From the NCBI RefSeq assembly GCF_030684315.1, contig NC_081375.1, positions 22,308,021 to 22,372,020 on the forward strand: 64,000 nucleotides of DNA, in the 5' to 3' direction. This DNA is from Stegostoma tigrinum (Eukaryota). Both the position numbers and the translations under genes were made by a program. Below are positions 47,981-60,723 of this stretch, in pieces (within the stretch, counting starts at the first letter, position 1; every line of letters starts with the position of its first letter). Below the pieces are notes generated by a model. That model saw only the letters and a list, made by a program, of their open reading frames with translations, had not been told where the DNA came from and did no database searches.

Positions 47981-48908
47981 AAATTTTTTTAAAAAACTGA
48001 CTAATGTAATAAGACACAAGACATACCCACCAACCACCAACCTTTTCTTGTGACAGCACACTGACAATAGGTTGAAGGGGCTTTCTGCCAGAAGTTTTTA
48101 ATTGCCTGCTGTCCTTTTCACTCAGGTTTACTCTGTGTTCAAGTTGTCTTTTCTAATGCTGTTTGAGAAGTTGCTTACCCCAGACTCTCTCCCACATTTC
48201 AGGGGAACAGACAAGAGCCTTACCGCTTCTGTGATGCTGCTTGGCCTGCTGTGTTCATCCAGCTCTACACACTTATATCAGAGGAACTCTCCTTCCACAG
48301 CGGATTTCATCTGGGCCACAGAGCAGGATTGCTACTGATTGGCAGGATTACTTTGTGCTGACTATTTCACCAATTCTCTTTTGCACAACAAAATCAAGTT
48401 ACTACCAGTGCAACAACATTATTGAAAAGGAAAGAGAAAATGGTACAAGAGCAGCATCAACAGGCATGTCGACATTTATTCCAATTTGAACCGAGGCAAA
48501 GCACACAAACTTGAGAATTTCTTACTAGTACATGGGATTATAGTAAGAGAGTACACCATTGTGTCCAGACTGGGTCAAATGATAGTAGAGAGTGCAATGG
48601 TCAAGTCCTATGAAGAAATAAATAACATATCCAGATCACATTTGATCAACTGACTGTCAATCAATTCGCCGACACAAATAGTAAACAGGTCTTGCCAAAC
48701 AACCATCATTTATCACTGTTAAAATGATATACATTCAATGATGACAGCACACCACAGGGAGGTGATGGCCTAAAGTTCTGAAGGCCTGGGTTCGAATACC
48801 ACCATGATAGATGATGGAATTTGAATTCAATAATTATCTGGAATTAAAAATCTAGTGATGACCACAAGATGATTGCCAATTGTTGGAAAAACACATCTGG
48901 TTCACAAA

Positions 48909-49131
48909 GATGATGGGAACTGCAGATGCTGGAGAATCCAAGACAACAAAATGTGAGGCTGGATGAACACAGCAGGCCAAGCAGCATCTCAGGAGCACAA
49001 AAGCTGACGTTTCGGGCCTAGACCCTTCATCAGAGGTCTCTGATGAAGGGTCTAGGCCCGAAACGTCAGCTTTTGTGCTCCTGAGATGCTGCTTGGCCTG
49101 CTGTGTTCATCCAGCCTCTCATTTTGTTGTC
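48909..49131 (-). mobile_element. Near-perfect fold-back Penelope mini-element with two back-to-back hammerhead motifs, 13-bp TSD tctggttcacaaa, nested in a SINE (48760-49325)
   Basis: 95-bp arms 48941-49035 and 49038-49132 (one mismatch seen); TSD at 48896-48908 and 49132-49144. Confidence 0.9.
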
Positions 49132-49974
49132 TCTGGTTCACAAATGTCCTTTTGGGAAAGAAACTGCCATGCTTACCCTGTCTGGCCTAAATGTGACTCC
49201 TGACCCACATCAATGTGGTTGACTCTCAACTGCCCTCTGAAATGGCCTAGCAAACCATTCGGTTCAGAGACAAGTAGGGACAGGTAATAACTGCTGGCCA
49301 GCAAACGACGCCTACGCCCCATATGTGAACAAAAACAAAAGATCGCGGGGAAGTGGTAGCAAAGTGGTAATGTCAACGGGCTAATACTGCAGAACTCAGC
49401 TCATGTTCTCAGGACGTAAAAATTCAAATCTGAACCTAAAGATTTGGAATTAAAAGCTTGTGATTGTCACAAAAAAAAACTGAGTCACGCGCATCATTCA
49501 GGGTCTGACTTCCACACCCAAAATGTGATTTACTCTTGAAGTGACCTCTGGACAAATCAGCAGATAGGCAATAAGTGCTGGCCGAGCTAGTGATGCCCAC
49601 ATCTTGCCAACAGACCAGAAGCAGGCAGATGGGACTAGTTTAGCTTGAGATTATGGTCAGCATGGACTGGTTGGGCTGAATGGTCTGTTTCTGTGCTGTA
49701 TGACCATGTCGTAGATCCAAAGCATTAACTGTATGCATAGAGACAATACTTATCTACAACCTTATCTGCAACTCGGTTCCTAGTCTCAAAGCAAAATGTG
49801 ACATTGTATCACAGCATAGATTTTCCAGACCTTTTTGAGCGATTTCCATGAAACAGTAATATGCGACATCCCAGAACTAAAGGTACCTAACTCACCTCAG
49901 TTGCTAATAGTTAGCATAGTGTTTACACTAAAAAAGCTGACAATAACAAACTAACATCAGTAAGCAGAGAATCT

Positions 49975-51051
49975 AGGCATGTAAGATATAGCAGTTTGGA
50001 TTGGAAATTGGCTTGATGAAAGAAGACAGAGGGTGGTAGTTGATGGGAAATATTCATCCTGGAGACCAGTTACGAGTGGTGTACCGCAAGGGTTGGTGTT
50101 GGGTCCACTGCTGTTTGTCATTTTTATAAGTGACTTGGTTGAGGGCGTAGAAGAATGGGTTAGTAAATTTGCAGACGACACGAAGGTCGGTGGAGTTGTG
50201 GATAGTGACGAAGGATGCGGTAGGTTGCAGAGAGACAGATAAGCTGCAGAGCTGGCAAATGGAGTTTAATGCAGACAAGTGTGAGGTGATGCACTTTGAT
50301 AGGAGTAACCGGAAGGCAAAGTACAGGGCTAACGGTAAGATTCTTAGTAGTGTAGATGAGCAGAGAGATCTCGATGTCCATGTACACAGATCCTTGAAAG
50401 TTGCCACCCAGGTTGACAGGGCTGTTAAGAAGGCATACAGTGTTTTAGCTTTTATTAATAGACGAATCGAGTTCCGGAACCAAGAGGTTATGGTGAAGCT
50501 GTACAAAACTCTGGTGCGGCTGCACTTGGAGTATTGTGTACAGTTCTGGTCACCACATTATAAGAAGGATGTGGAAGCTTTGGAAAGGGTGCAGAGGAGA
50601 TTTACTAGGATGTTGCCTGGTATGGAGGGAAGGTCTTACGAGGAAAGGCTGATGGACTTGAGGCCGTTTTCATTAGAGAGAAGGTGGTTGAGAGGTGACT
50701 TAATTGAAACATATAAAATAATCAGAGGGTTAGATAGGGTGGATAGGGAGAGCCTTTTTCCTAGGATGGTGACGGCGAGCACGAGTAGGCATAGCTTTAA
50801 ATTGAGGGGGTGAAAGATATAGGACAGATGTCAGAGGTAGTTTCTTTACTCAGAGAGTAGTAAGGTAATGGAACGCTTTGCCCGCAACGGTCGTAGATTC
50901 GCCAACTTTAGGTACATTTAAGTCATCATTGGATAAGCACATGGAATAGTGTAGGTTAGATGGGTTTCAGATCGGTATGACAGGTCAGCACAACATCGAG
51001 GGCCGAAGGGCCTGTACTGTGCTGTAATGTTCTATGTTCTATGTTCTATGT
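49975..51051 (+). mobile_element. CR1 LINE, 5'-truncated, frameshifted RT
   Basis: [32 protein letters not shown]; tail (ttctatg)n. Confidence 0.93.
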
Positions 51052-51370
51052 AAGTCAGCGTCTTGTAGCTGTGTAAGTAGCTGACGTTAGTCAACTTGAA
51101 GAAATCTAACTCAACAAAAAGAGGCTTGAGAGTATTTTAACATAGAAAAACACAAAGCAGGTCACTATTTGTGGTTGGTTGTAACTCATATGCATAGGTA
51201 CCTTTTCACTTCTCTCCAACTTAATGTCCTTCAAGATCTCTTCTGTTGACGACAGAAAGTACCTTCCAATGCTTTGGCAGATGCAATAAACCAAAATGCT
51301 TTCAACATTGAAGTATGAAGCAAGAAATGAAAGTACTTACTCTTCCAAAACCAAATGCCGAAATAGATTC

Positions 51371-51996
51371 TTGTTGGTAAATGGAATTGAAGGCTGTGGT
51401 GAAAGGCGGTGCTGACAGAGTCAGGCGCCGAACTACGAAACAAATTGGAGCGCCTTAATGACTTCCTCCTGTTGTTCTCTGTAGTCCCGGTACTGCCGAA
51501 GTTGACAAAAGTCAGATGTCACAATACACCACCAGGTTATAGTCCAACAGGTTTATTTGAAATCACAAGCTTCCTAAGCGCGGCTCCTTCATCACCTATT
51601 TCAGGCCGCAATAGAAAATGGAAAAGGCTGGTGACACTCAGACGCTCGGGCATCAGCTGAAGAGCTGGTCAGTCACACTCCGACGTTCGGACACTGTTTG
51701 AAACGAGAACCGACTACGAATTCAGTGAATGCGTCTACCTCAAGCCGTTTCCAGACCTGACAACCAGAAATGGCCAAACTGCCGGGAAACCGAATCACAT
51801 GACAGTACCGGCGTCACACGCTCGGCCGGTCCACATCCACCCAGCCAAGCGGAGAGGTGTCAGCTCCTTCACCTCGCACCTCCCACTATTAACATCCCGC
51901 GCCCACCACACTGAAACGCACCCTCCCTCAAAGTGGTACAGTCCGACAACGGAGTGGGGCTGCCGGGTTGTTGTTATCGTTTCTTAGCAACAGAGA
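51371..51996. promoter_or_regulatory. CpG-rich putative bidirectional promoter for GAA and the divergent gene; probably contains the GAA non-coding exon 1 (candidate minus-strand donor after 51873)
   Basis: Local CpG enrichment in a CpG-depleted background, 7.5 kb upstream of the GAA exon 2 acceptor and directly before the ATG exon of a + strand gene. Human GAA exon 1 is non-coding. Confidence 0.65.
51979..51991 (+). promoter_or_regulatory. RFX X-box motif GTTTCTTAGCAAC
   Basis: Matches the X-box consensus typical of ciliary gene promoters; 5 nt upstream of the ATG at 51997. Confidence 0.65.
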
Positions 51997-54900
51997 ATGG
52001 CGGACGGAGAGAGGTAACTCCACCACTTTGCTCATTAAGCCACAATACTTTTCATTTTTTAAAAATGCCTGTTTTTCGAAATGTTTCAGTAGGTATTTGG
52101 CAAAATAGCGAAGACCATGCTTCCTAAAGATATCTTTAGCAGGAAAGAATGTGCGAAATTTATATTTGAGGTCGGAAGAGATGGGAGGGCTAAGAATACT
52201 AATAGATGAAGAACAGCTGAAGTGGAATTATTGGACTTAACACTTATTTCCTTAGTTAGATTTGATAGAAATATGAATAAATTGGGATTGATTTTTAGTG
52301 TGCCACCTGTTTGTGAAATTTCCTGGTTGTCATTGACATTTGCTTACTCTTCTGGAAAAGTATGATTTTTATTTGAGGATATAAAAATTATGAGCCTTCC
52401 ATAAAAGATGGCCAGCCCAAATGTCAATTTTCCTGTAAGATGACATGTTAAAAATATGCCCAGTTTGTTGGTGTCAATTTGATAAAAACAATGTTCATCA
52501 AAATGCATGAAGACCTTATTATGCAGAGTAATTTGTTGGACAATGGAAAGCTTTGTAATAGTTCGTATCAAAAACAAAGTTGGTGGAAAACTTCAGCAGG
52601 TCTGGCAGCATCTGTGATGGAAAAACAGAGTTTCAGGTCCGGTGATGTGATAAGTTTGTATATCATTGGAATGAAATTAATAGAATGGAATCATTGGCAA
52701 ATGAGTAAACAGGGTTAGATGATGCATGAAGGAAGGAATTATCAAAGTGGAGCAAAATGACATAGATAGCAGTTTCAAAATAATGGAAAATGAACCAAAG
52801 CCTAAGCCTTCAACACTTGGGTGATCTGAGAGGAATCATTATAGCAAAATATGTTTATGTTTAAAGTGCTGTCTTAAAAAGTAATAACAAACCAGAGAAT
52901 TATTTGCATTATACAGTACAGACCATTTGTTTTATCTGGTTATTTAGTTTCTTTGTTTCATTTTTCATAGTCCCCCACCTGAGACTGTTCAAGCCTTGCA
53001 TGAGGATGAAGATGCACCAGAGAATGCCCAGATGGTAAATACAATATTTGGCAGTTTGGTTTTTATTATACATCTGGTAGCAGTTGTGCCTTGAATTGTA
53101 TAGCAAACTAATCACTTCAGTAGACTAGTTTTGTTGTTGTAAAATTTCTCCAAGCATTTGAGAGTTAATATTTGTTTTGAAGAATATTTCATCCCCATAA
53201 GTGGTGGTTTTATTGACTACCAACTCAACCCTTGGCCCATTGCACGTTATGGATGCTATCAGCAGGAGAGATTTGTACTCAGTCACCTCCTGTAACAGCT
53301 TGGTCCAGGATATTCCTCACTCTACCATACAGTCAAGTAAGGCAATTGATCCTGCTTCAGTAAAGAATGTAGGAAATCAAGCCAGGAGCACCAAAAGGCA
53401 TATATTAAGGTGCCAATACAGTTAAGCTACAATGCAGGATTACATGCATGCTAAACAGTAGAACCATAATGTCATAGAGAATGTGACACACAACCAGCGG
53501 ATAAGATCAAGCTGTGTAGTTTTACCACATCCAGTCATAAATAACGGTAAACAATTCAACAATTAACTGGAAGACGAGTCTTCAAGAACATTCCCATTGT
53601 CAATGATGGGAAAGCCCAACATGTTAGGTCCCAAACATTACATGCATGTTATCAGACAACATGATATATTTCACTTGTTTTCAAAAATCGTTTGGATGCA
53701 TTGGATACTGTAATGTCCATCCAACAATAGGACAGAATGTAACTATCACACTTGATGTTCAATGACATTTCCATCACTAAATCTCCCATTAATAGCATCT
53801 TAGGTTCCCTACAGTGTGGAAACAGGCCATTCGGCCCAACAAGTCCACACCGCCCCTCGAAGCATTCTACTCAAACCCAACCCTCTATAATCCACACACC
53901 CCTGAACACTATGGGCAATTTAGCATGGCCAGTCCACTGAGCCTGCACATCTTTGGACTGTGGGAGGAAACCTGAGCACCTGGAGAAAACCCACGCAGAC
54001 ACAATGCTGGCAACAACTGGCAGTCGGCACAACATTGTGGGCTGAAGGGCCTGTTCTGTGCTGTACTGTTCTATGTTCTATGTTCTAGACACGGGAACTC
54101 CACAAAGACAGTCCCTGAGGCTGGAATCGAACCCGGGTCCCCGGCGCTGTGAGGCTGTATTGCTAACCACTGAGCCACCATGCTGCCCTATCGTAGGGAC
54201 TACCTTTGACCAGGAACTGAACTGGACCAGGCATGCAAATGTTTGGCTAGAAGATCAGAAAAGAAATTCTTCAATGAGCAAGTCACCTCCTGTCTACTGA
54301 ACATCTGTCCACTATCAATCAGCATGTGATAGGATACTCTCCGTTTGTTTGAATGCATGCAGCTTCTAACAGCACTCAAGAAGCTTGACACCATCCAAGA
54401 CAAAGCATTCTGATGAAGAGTCAATGAACTTGAAACACTAATTCAGCTTTCTCCCCATGGATGCAGCCAGACCTGCTAAGTTTCATCAGCAATTTTAGTT
54501 CTTTGTTTTAATAAAGCAACTTGCTTGATTGGCACTTTACACCATCTTCAACATACACTCATTTCACCACTGACGCACAGTTTAAGTAGTGTATACCGTC
54601 TACAAAGTGCACTTGGTAGATCACCAAGGCTGCTTAGACATCAGCTTCCAAACACATGACTGTTATCATCTTAAAGAACAGCGGCAACAGATACATGGGT
54701 AGTCTACCACTGCATCTTCTTCTCTAAGCCACACAGTATCCTGACTTAGAGCTATATCATCATTCTGTCATTGTTTGCTGGGTTATAATCCTGGAACTCC
54801 TTTTATAACAGCACTGAGTGTTTTTATTACCCAAGGACTGCAGCAAATCAAGGAGGCAGCTCACTACTGCCTTCTAGAGTTTTGTTTGGGATTGGGCAAT

Positions 54901-57900
54901 TAATGTTGGCTGAACAAACACCACTCACATCCCATGAATGTGTTTTTAAAACCAGATCCATAACCAAATTGATTTCTGTGCCTGGATTGCCTGATAACAC
55001 AGGCCATCCCCTTCTCAGATTGCTCGATATTGTGGTAGCCCAAACCCAGTTGGCTGTCTAATGTGCTGAGGTTCTACCTACAAACCACCAAATACTTATC
55101 AATAAAGCCAGGCATTTTAAATGTGGTCACTAGCCTCATGGTTTTCTACTCTGTACTTCAGCTCTCCCTTCTTTCATTAAGCTGTTCAATATGTACCCCC
55201 TGGAATTTTTGATTTGAACACTTTCCCTGCTACTGCTTGCTGTTCAGTTATTTTTTCATCTCTGTGATATTTTTGGGATGTTTTCTTAGGTTAAGAGTAC
55301 ATCAAAAGTGCATGTTTGAAAAAGAGAGCCTTATGGTTTGAAGAGTCTCAGGTTGGGGCTATGAAAAATGAAACAAAGGAATTAAATAATCATGTAAAAT
55401 AAATGTTCAATACTGAATAATGCAAATAATTTACTGGTTTATTATTACTTTTTAAAAGAGAGCACTTCAAACATTAAACTTATGTTTAAATGTAAACCTT
55501 AAAATAAAGGCATATATTGTGTGGCATCTAATAGTCGTTACATTTTCTTGCAAATCAGATAGAAACTACTGAAGATGTTGCTGAGGATAGAGATCAGGCA
55601 CCCACTTCAGAACATCCCATATCACCAGATATTGTTGGAAATGTTCCAGAATATACACAAGAAAATACGGTAATTGACTTTTTTTTAAAAAAAACCATAT
55701 TTCATATATTTTGTTTTTATGTTATTTTAATTTTTAGGCTGATTTCTCATACACCAGGAGATATATCATTGAACAAAGTCGTTGAATTTTGCTTTCCTTT
55801 TTGGAATTTAACCTCAGGCAATGTGGAGAGAAAACTGGTCAAATCTGCTTTTTTTTATTTATTTGGTCATGAAATTGTTGGCAAGCAAGCATAACACTTA
55901 TTACCCTCCCTAATTGATCATGTTACGGTGGTGGTGAGCTGCCATCTGAAATCATAAAGGTGTGGAACTACCCACAGTGATCTGAGGGAGGGAGTTCCAG
56001 ATTTTCAGTGAAGATATCCTGCCAAGTCCGTTTGTGTCTGTGGTGCATAAGTAAGTGAATATGTGAACTCCATGAATGTTAGATCATCAATAATGGCAGA
56101 GCCAGGACATCTGCAAGTCAACACTGAAATGTTTGCATCCATCTTGGACTTTTTATAAAGGCCACATCTAACTGACTGAGCAAAACTCTAATTAATGGGA
56201 ATCAGGGAAGACTCACTGCTGGTTGAAGTCAAACCTAGTACATGGTGGTTGTGGTTTTTGGATGCCAGTCATCTCTGCTGCAGAACATCTCTGCAGGAGT
56301 TCTTCAGGGAAGTGTCCTCATCCTAACTATCTTTAGCATCCTACCCAGAACCAACCACCACTACCTCCCCCCCTGCCCACTCCTATCCCTGTAATCCTGC
56401 ATTTCCCATTGCTAATCCACCTAGTCTGCATATCCCTGGACAGTAAGGTTGATTGGCATTGCTAAATTACCCAAACCTGCACATCTTTAGACCTTCTCCT
56501 GTTCCAATATTCCTCTTCCTTTAAGATTTTAACCTCTTTTGCATTTTTCCTTCCTTGGCTGATAACTAGAGTCAGAGTTTTAATCCTTTTGATTCCAAGC
56601 CTGAAATGGTTTCCTTTAACTCTGATATCTTGCAATGTCTTTTGATTTCTTCAAACTACTTCTTGAATTTTGTCTTTAGTCACCGTAGTTCTTACTGGTT
56701 GATAGTTAATTTTTCACTTTGTAATGTTTTGTTATCTTTTGTCTTGTTCAAGTTTCGATGAAAGTGGAACTTTTTTAGCAAAGGGAAGGCCTATAGTAAA
56801 ATAAATCTACCATTAAATTTTGCTGTAGTTGTTTCTGCCACAACACTATGAAAAGCGATTCTTGCAAGCACTCAAATGCTTAAACTGAGAGCTGCTTTTA
56901 AGTTCGGCACCCCTTTCTGTCTCTGAATAATGCATTTTTCCAAGTTGGTGTCTTAAAACTATCTTCTTTATAATTACAATGGACTTTATTTTCAGTGTTG
57001 CCAAAATTTCTATAGATTGTGTCAGTGGCAACGTGGTATGTCAGTCTGTTTTACCATTAGTGTAATTCCTGCTGCCCTCCAATGGAAAGATATTTGGAAC
57101 TGTAATGCCTCCATCTGCTCAGGAGCTGCCAGAACTGATGAGGCAATTAAACATTCAGTACAGAAGGAACTCTGCTCCATCAGATTGCATCACTTTGGCC
57201 AGCTGTTAAGTGTTTGCTTGACTTCCTGAGAGCAAGCAATGGCACCTGTCTCATGTCATCATGGCTGTAGAAAATTAAGCAACAACCACATCTGATAATC
57301 ACCAACACCTTGTAAAGAAAGTATTATGTGTGGATTATGAATTCTCAGCTTGTTTTTCCACTGTTATTTAAAATCTTTACCCTTATTTTGTGCCCCTCCC
57401 CCACCCTCCAACATATCCCCTTTGCAAACAAATTTTGTTTTTTGTCTCTTTTTGATTCTTCTGTTTCTGAGACTTTCAGATGCTGGCATACATTACTGGG
57501 TAATTTTTTTATTTGTTTGGGCAACCTTGGAATAATCCTCTGACAATAATTTTCCTTTCCACACAAATCAGGGAGAAGCTGAGATAGCTGACCAAGGAGA
57601 TTTGCCTCTTGCTTCAGAACCTACTACATTTCCAGAAGTAGGTGGAAATGTCAGGGATAAAAAAAGTCTTAATTTTTAGAATGTTTAATATTTTATTGTT
57701 ATGTGGAATGTAATTCAGGAAATGTTATGCAGTTTGAATGGAAGCAGAATATTACAATATTTTGATAGTCTAATTGAACAAACAAACCAGTGGCAAATCG
57801 ATTTCAGTGTAGGCAAACCTGAGATCATCCACTTCAACTTGAAAATAAATATACTTTCTAAATCGTGAAAATTGGAAAAGGTGGAGTTGTAAAGAGGTTC

Positions 57901-60277
57901 GTGGGGTCATGTGCAAAGATTTTTAAAGTGGCTTGAATAGAGAAGGAAAATAATCAAAAGCCAAGTGGGATGCTTCTGTTCTAGAAAACTATGGTTAGAG
58001 TACAGTCAACTGGATTCTTCTTATCCGTGGGAATATGTACCTCCCACAGATAACAAGAAAAACTGCCAAAATGAAGTGCCGTATTTACTGCAAAGGACCA
58101 TGTGATTCTTCAGGCAGTCAATGGAGAAAAGAAAGTCAAGCCTGGCTGACCTCGTGAATACATGAGTCTATAGGTAGCAAATCCACGTTTAGCAGGGTGT
58201 GAGTGTGTTGTGTTCAGTTGCAGACACACATTTGCTATTTCTGTTGGCCATGAAGGATGTGTGCTGTAGTTTTTCCAAAATAATACCTGGACTCCAAAAC
58301 TTCAGAGAAAAACGCTATGTACCCTGACATTCATCAAAATTTCCTGAATATTTAGGGGAGCAAACAGAACAGAACTATGTCCACTGGCAAGTCTGGAACT
58401 AAAGGTCAAAATTTCAAGTCAGATCTTTCAGGAATGAAATTAAGAAAAAATGCCGCACTTGAGGACTGGTAGAAATTTAAAACTCTCTTTCTTAAATGGT
58501 AATGTTACATCAGTTGTTAATTTTAAATGTAAAATTTATAGTTTTTGTGAAATTGGTGCAAAGAAGTTGATTTATTTGAGTTCACTCAAATTATTGAGTT
58601 AGATTGCCATTCAGCTGTGATCTCACTGAAAGGTGGTGAAATGGGCCTGCAAGGCTAAATGACCCATCAATCAATGTTCCTTATGTATACAGATGAAAAT
58701 TTTAAAAAGGTTTTGACCATCCTCTGTGACCTCAATAGCAATATTGGGTGTAATGGTAAATCAAAGAAAGCATAGGCTGGAGGTCGATTAGCACCACATC
58801 CACAAGCATTCATTCCCTCTACCACTGAAGCTCAGTAGCAGCATTCTGTACTATCTACAAGATGCACTGTAGAAATTCACCAAAGATCCTTAGACAACAC
58901 CTTCTAAGCCCATGACCGCTTCCATCTAGATGAACAAGAGCAACAGATACATGGGAACACCACCTCAAGATCCCCACCAAGCAGTCACCATCCTTATTTG
59001 GGAATATATTTCATTTCACATCCTTCATTGTTGCTAGGTCAAAATCCCAGAATTCCCTCTCTAAGTGCGTTGTGGGTCAACCTACAGCATGTGGATTGCA
59101 GTGGCTCAGCACCACCACCTTCTCAAGGGCAATGAGGGAGAGGGAATAAATGCTGACCAGCCAGAGATACTCACATCCCACGATGAGTATAATCATATGA
59201 GGTGAATCATAACTGGGCAGAGATAATTCATCCCTGTTCCCTTGGTGTGGAGATGATTACATAAGTTACAAAACTAGACCAAATTTCTATCCCTCCATTT
59301 TAAAAAAAAGCTCATGTCCCAAACTCACCATTTTCACAACTATTTCTTTAATTTATAAGTGCTTTGTGATATGGCACGGTGTACATTTTCATCATGTCTT
59401 CATCATACATTTCAATACATGCCTCTGTATCCTGATAATGTCGGCTGACAATTAGAAATGGAACTTCAGTGGTTTTGATCCCAAACCTGAAATGGTCTTG
59501 CTAAATTTAGTGCATTATTGTTTCCCACATCTTTCATTTGAATTCTTAAAACCTCCCTTTTGAATTTTGCCTTAGTCGTCAAACCTAATCAACACAGTAG
59601 GCCAGGCAGCATCAGAGGAGTAGGAGAGTTGGCGTTTTAGGCCTAGACCCATCTTCAGTGGGTAACTGGGTAAGAGAAAGAGGAAAGAGCAGTGGGGCTG
59701 GGAGAGGTAGGTGGGATGGCAGTAGGGGTAGTGGTGATTGGTCAGTGGGAAGGATGGGGCAGAAGGAATTAGACAGGTAGGGTCAGGTGCATCCACCTAT
59801 CGCCATCCCATCTACCTAGCCCTAGCCCCACCCCTCTTCCCTCTATTTATTTCCCGGATTCCTGCTCCCTACCCAGTTCTGATGAAGTGTCTAGGCCTGA
59901 AACGTTGACTCTCCCACTCCTCTGATGTATCTCCACTGTCTCCAGCATCTGCATTTCATGTTATCTCATCATACCGAATGCTGTTTGATCTCCAGTTTTT
60001 TTTGTAGTTTGTAAAATCTTTCATGACTTTTTTGTTCAAGATGTTATGAAAGTAGAACTTAGTTGAAAATGAAAGTCTCATTGCAACCAAAAAAAAATAC
60101 AGGTTTAAGGTATTACTTGTCAGGGCAACTCTAGATTAATCATTTGACAGTTGTCTGCATTTTTATGGAAATCAGGGAGAAACTGATGTGATGGAGCAAG
60201 GAGATAAGACACCCTCTTCGGAACCTTCCAAATCACTGGAACTAATTGAAGACACATGGGAACCAGAAACAAATATG
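51997..60277 (+). CDS. 5' part of a divergent gene with an acidic low-complexity N-terminus (candidate CCDC40-like ciliary gene). Exons 51997-52013, 52971-53034, 55559-55669, 57572-57637 (less sure), 60176-60277. Probably continues beyond the window.
   Basis: Phase-compatible GT-AG exons give MADGES-PPPETVQALHEDEDAPENAQM-IETTEDVAEDRDQAPTSEHPISPDIVGNVPEYTQENT-GEAEIADQGDLPLASEPTTFPE-GETDVMEQGDKTPSSEPSKSLELIEDTWEPETNM. Identity is inferred only from the X-box, the acidic N-terminus and the known CCDC40-GAA adjacency in mammals. Confidence 0.6.
53800..54190 (-). mobile_element. HE1-like SINE with a CR1 tail fragment (about 54020-54087) inserted
   Basis: SINE head at 54120-54190; insert ends in (ttctatg)n. 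Confidence 0.7.
55335..55485 (-). repeat. Inverted duplicate of 52845-52995 (acceptor region of exon 2 of the divergent gene)
   Basis: agtctcaggttggggctatgaaaaatgaaacaaag...taatgcaaataatt..ctggttt is the reverse complement of the exon 2 3' splice region. Confidence 0.85.
59590..59967 (+). mobile_element. Older fold-back Penelope-derived element with degenerate hammerhead motif
   Basis: Purine-rich arm followed by a pyrimidine-rich arm; ctgatgaagtgtctaggcctgaaacgtt near 59879-59906. Confidence 0.65.
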
Positions 60278-60723
60278 GTAAATGCATTTTTCAGTGACTT
60301 TGCATATTTTACAATTCACATGATAATCTCAAATATTTAATATTGGAATATTTTTGTCTTCCTATCCTCTATGGCCCACTTGCTTCCAAGGTTGATTGCA
60401 ATTTGATGATACCAGCAAAGTCGCCTGAGGCTATTATGCAGTAGTAGGCAATCTGTGATTGAATTCATGGCAATTGGTGTAGAAGAGTGACTAGTTGAAT
60501 ACGATTCCCACTTTTCATCATAATGCAGTGCATTCTACTGAAAAATGTACATACTTAAATTTTAGCTGAGCATGGAACCATGTTCAAGCTTGAGTACTTC
60601 CTTCCTTACTCTCTGCCACAATCCCTATTTCCAGCCTAGGAATCATTTTGCAGCCTGATACTTATACATCCAGAATGATCACTTAGCAAAGGTAAAGTGT
60701 TGCTGTTATTTTTAGAACTTTAT

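Noticed and set aside
58000-58210. Possible Tigger-like DNA transposon remnant
   Set aside because: Only one plausible terminus; no matching TIR or TSD could be confirmed.
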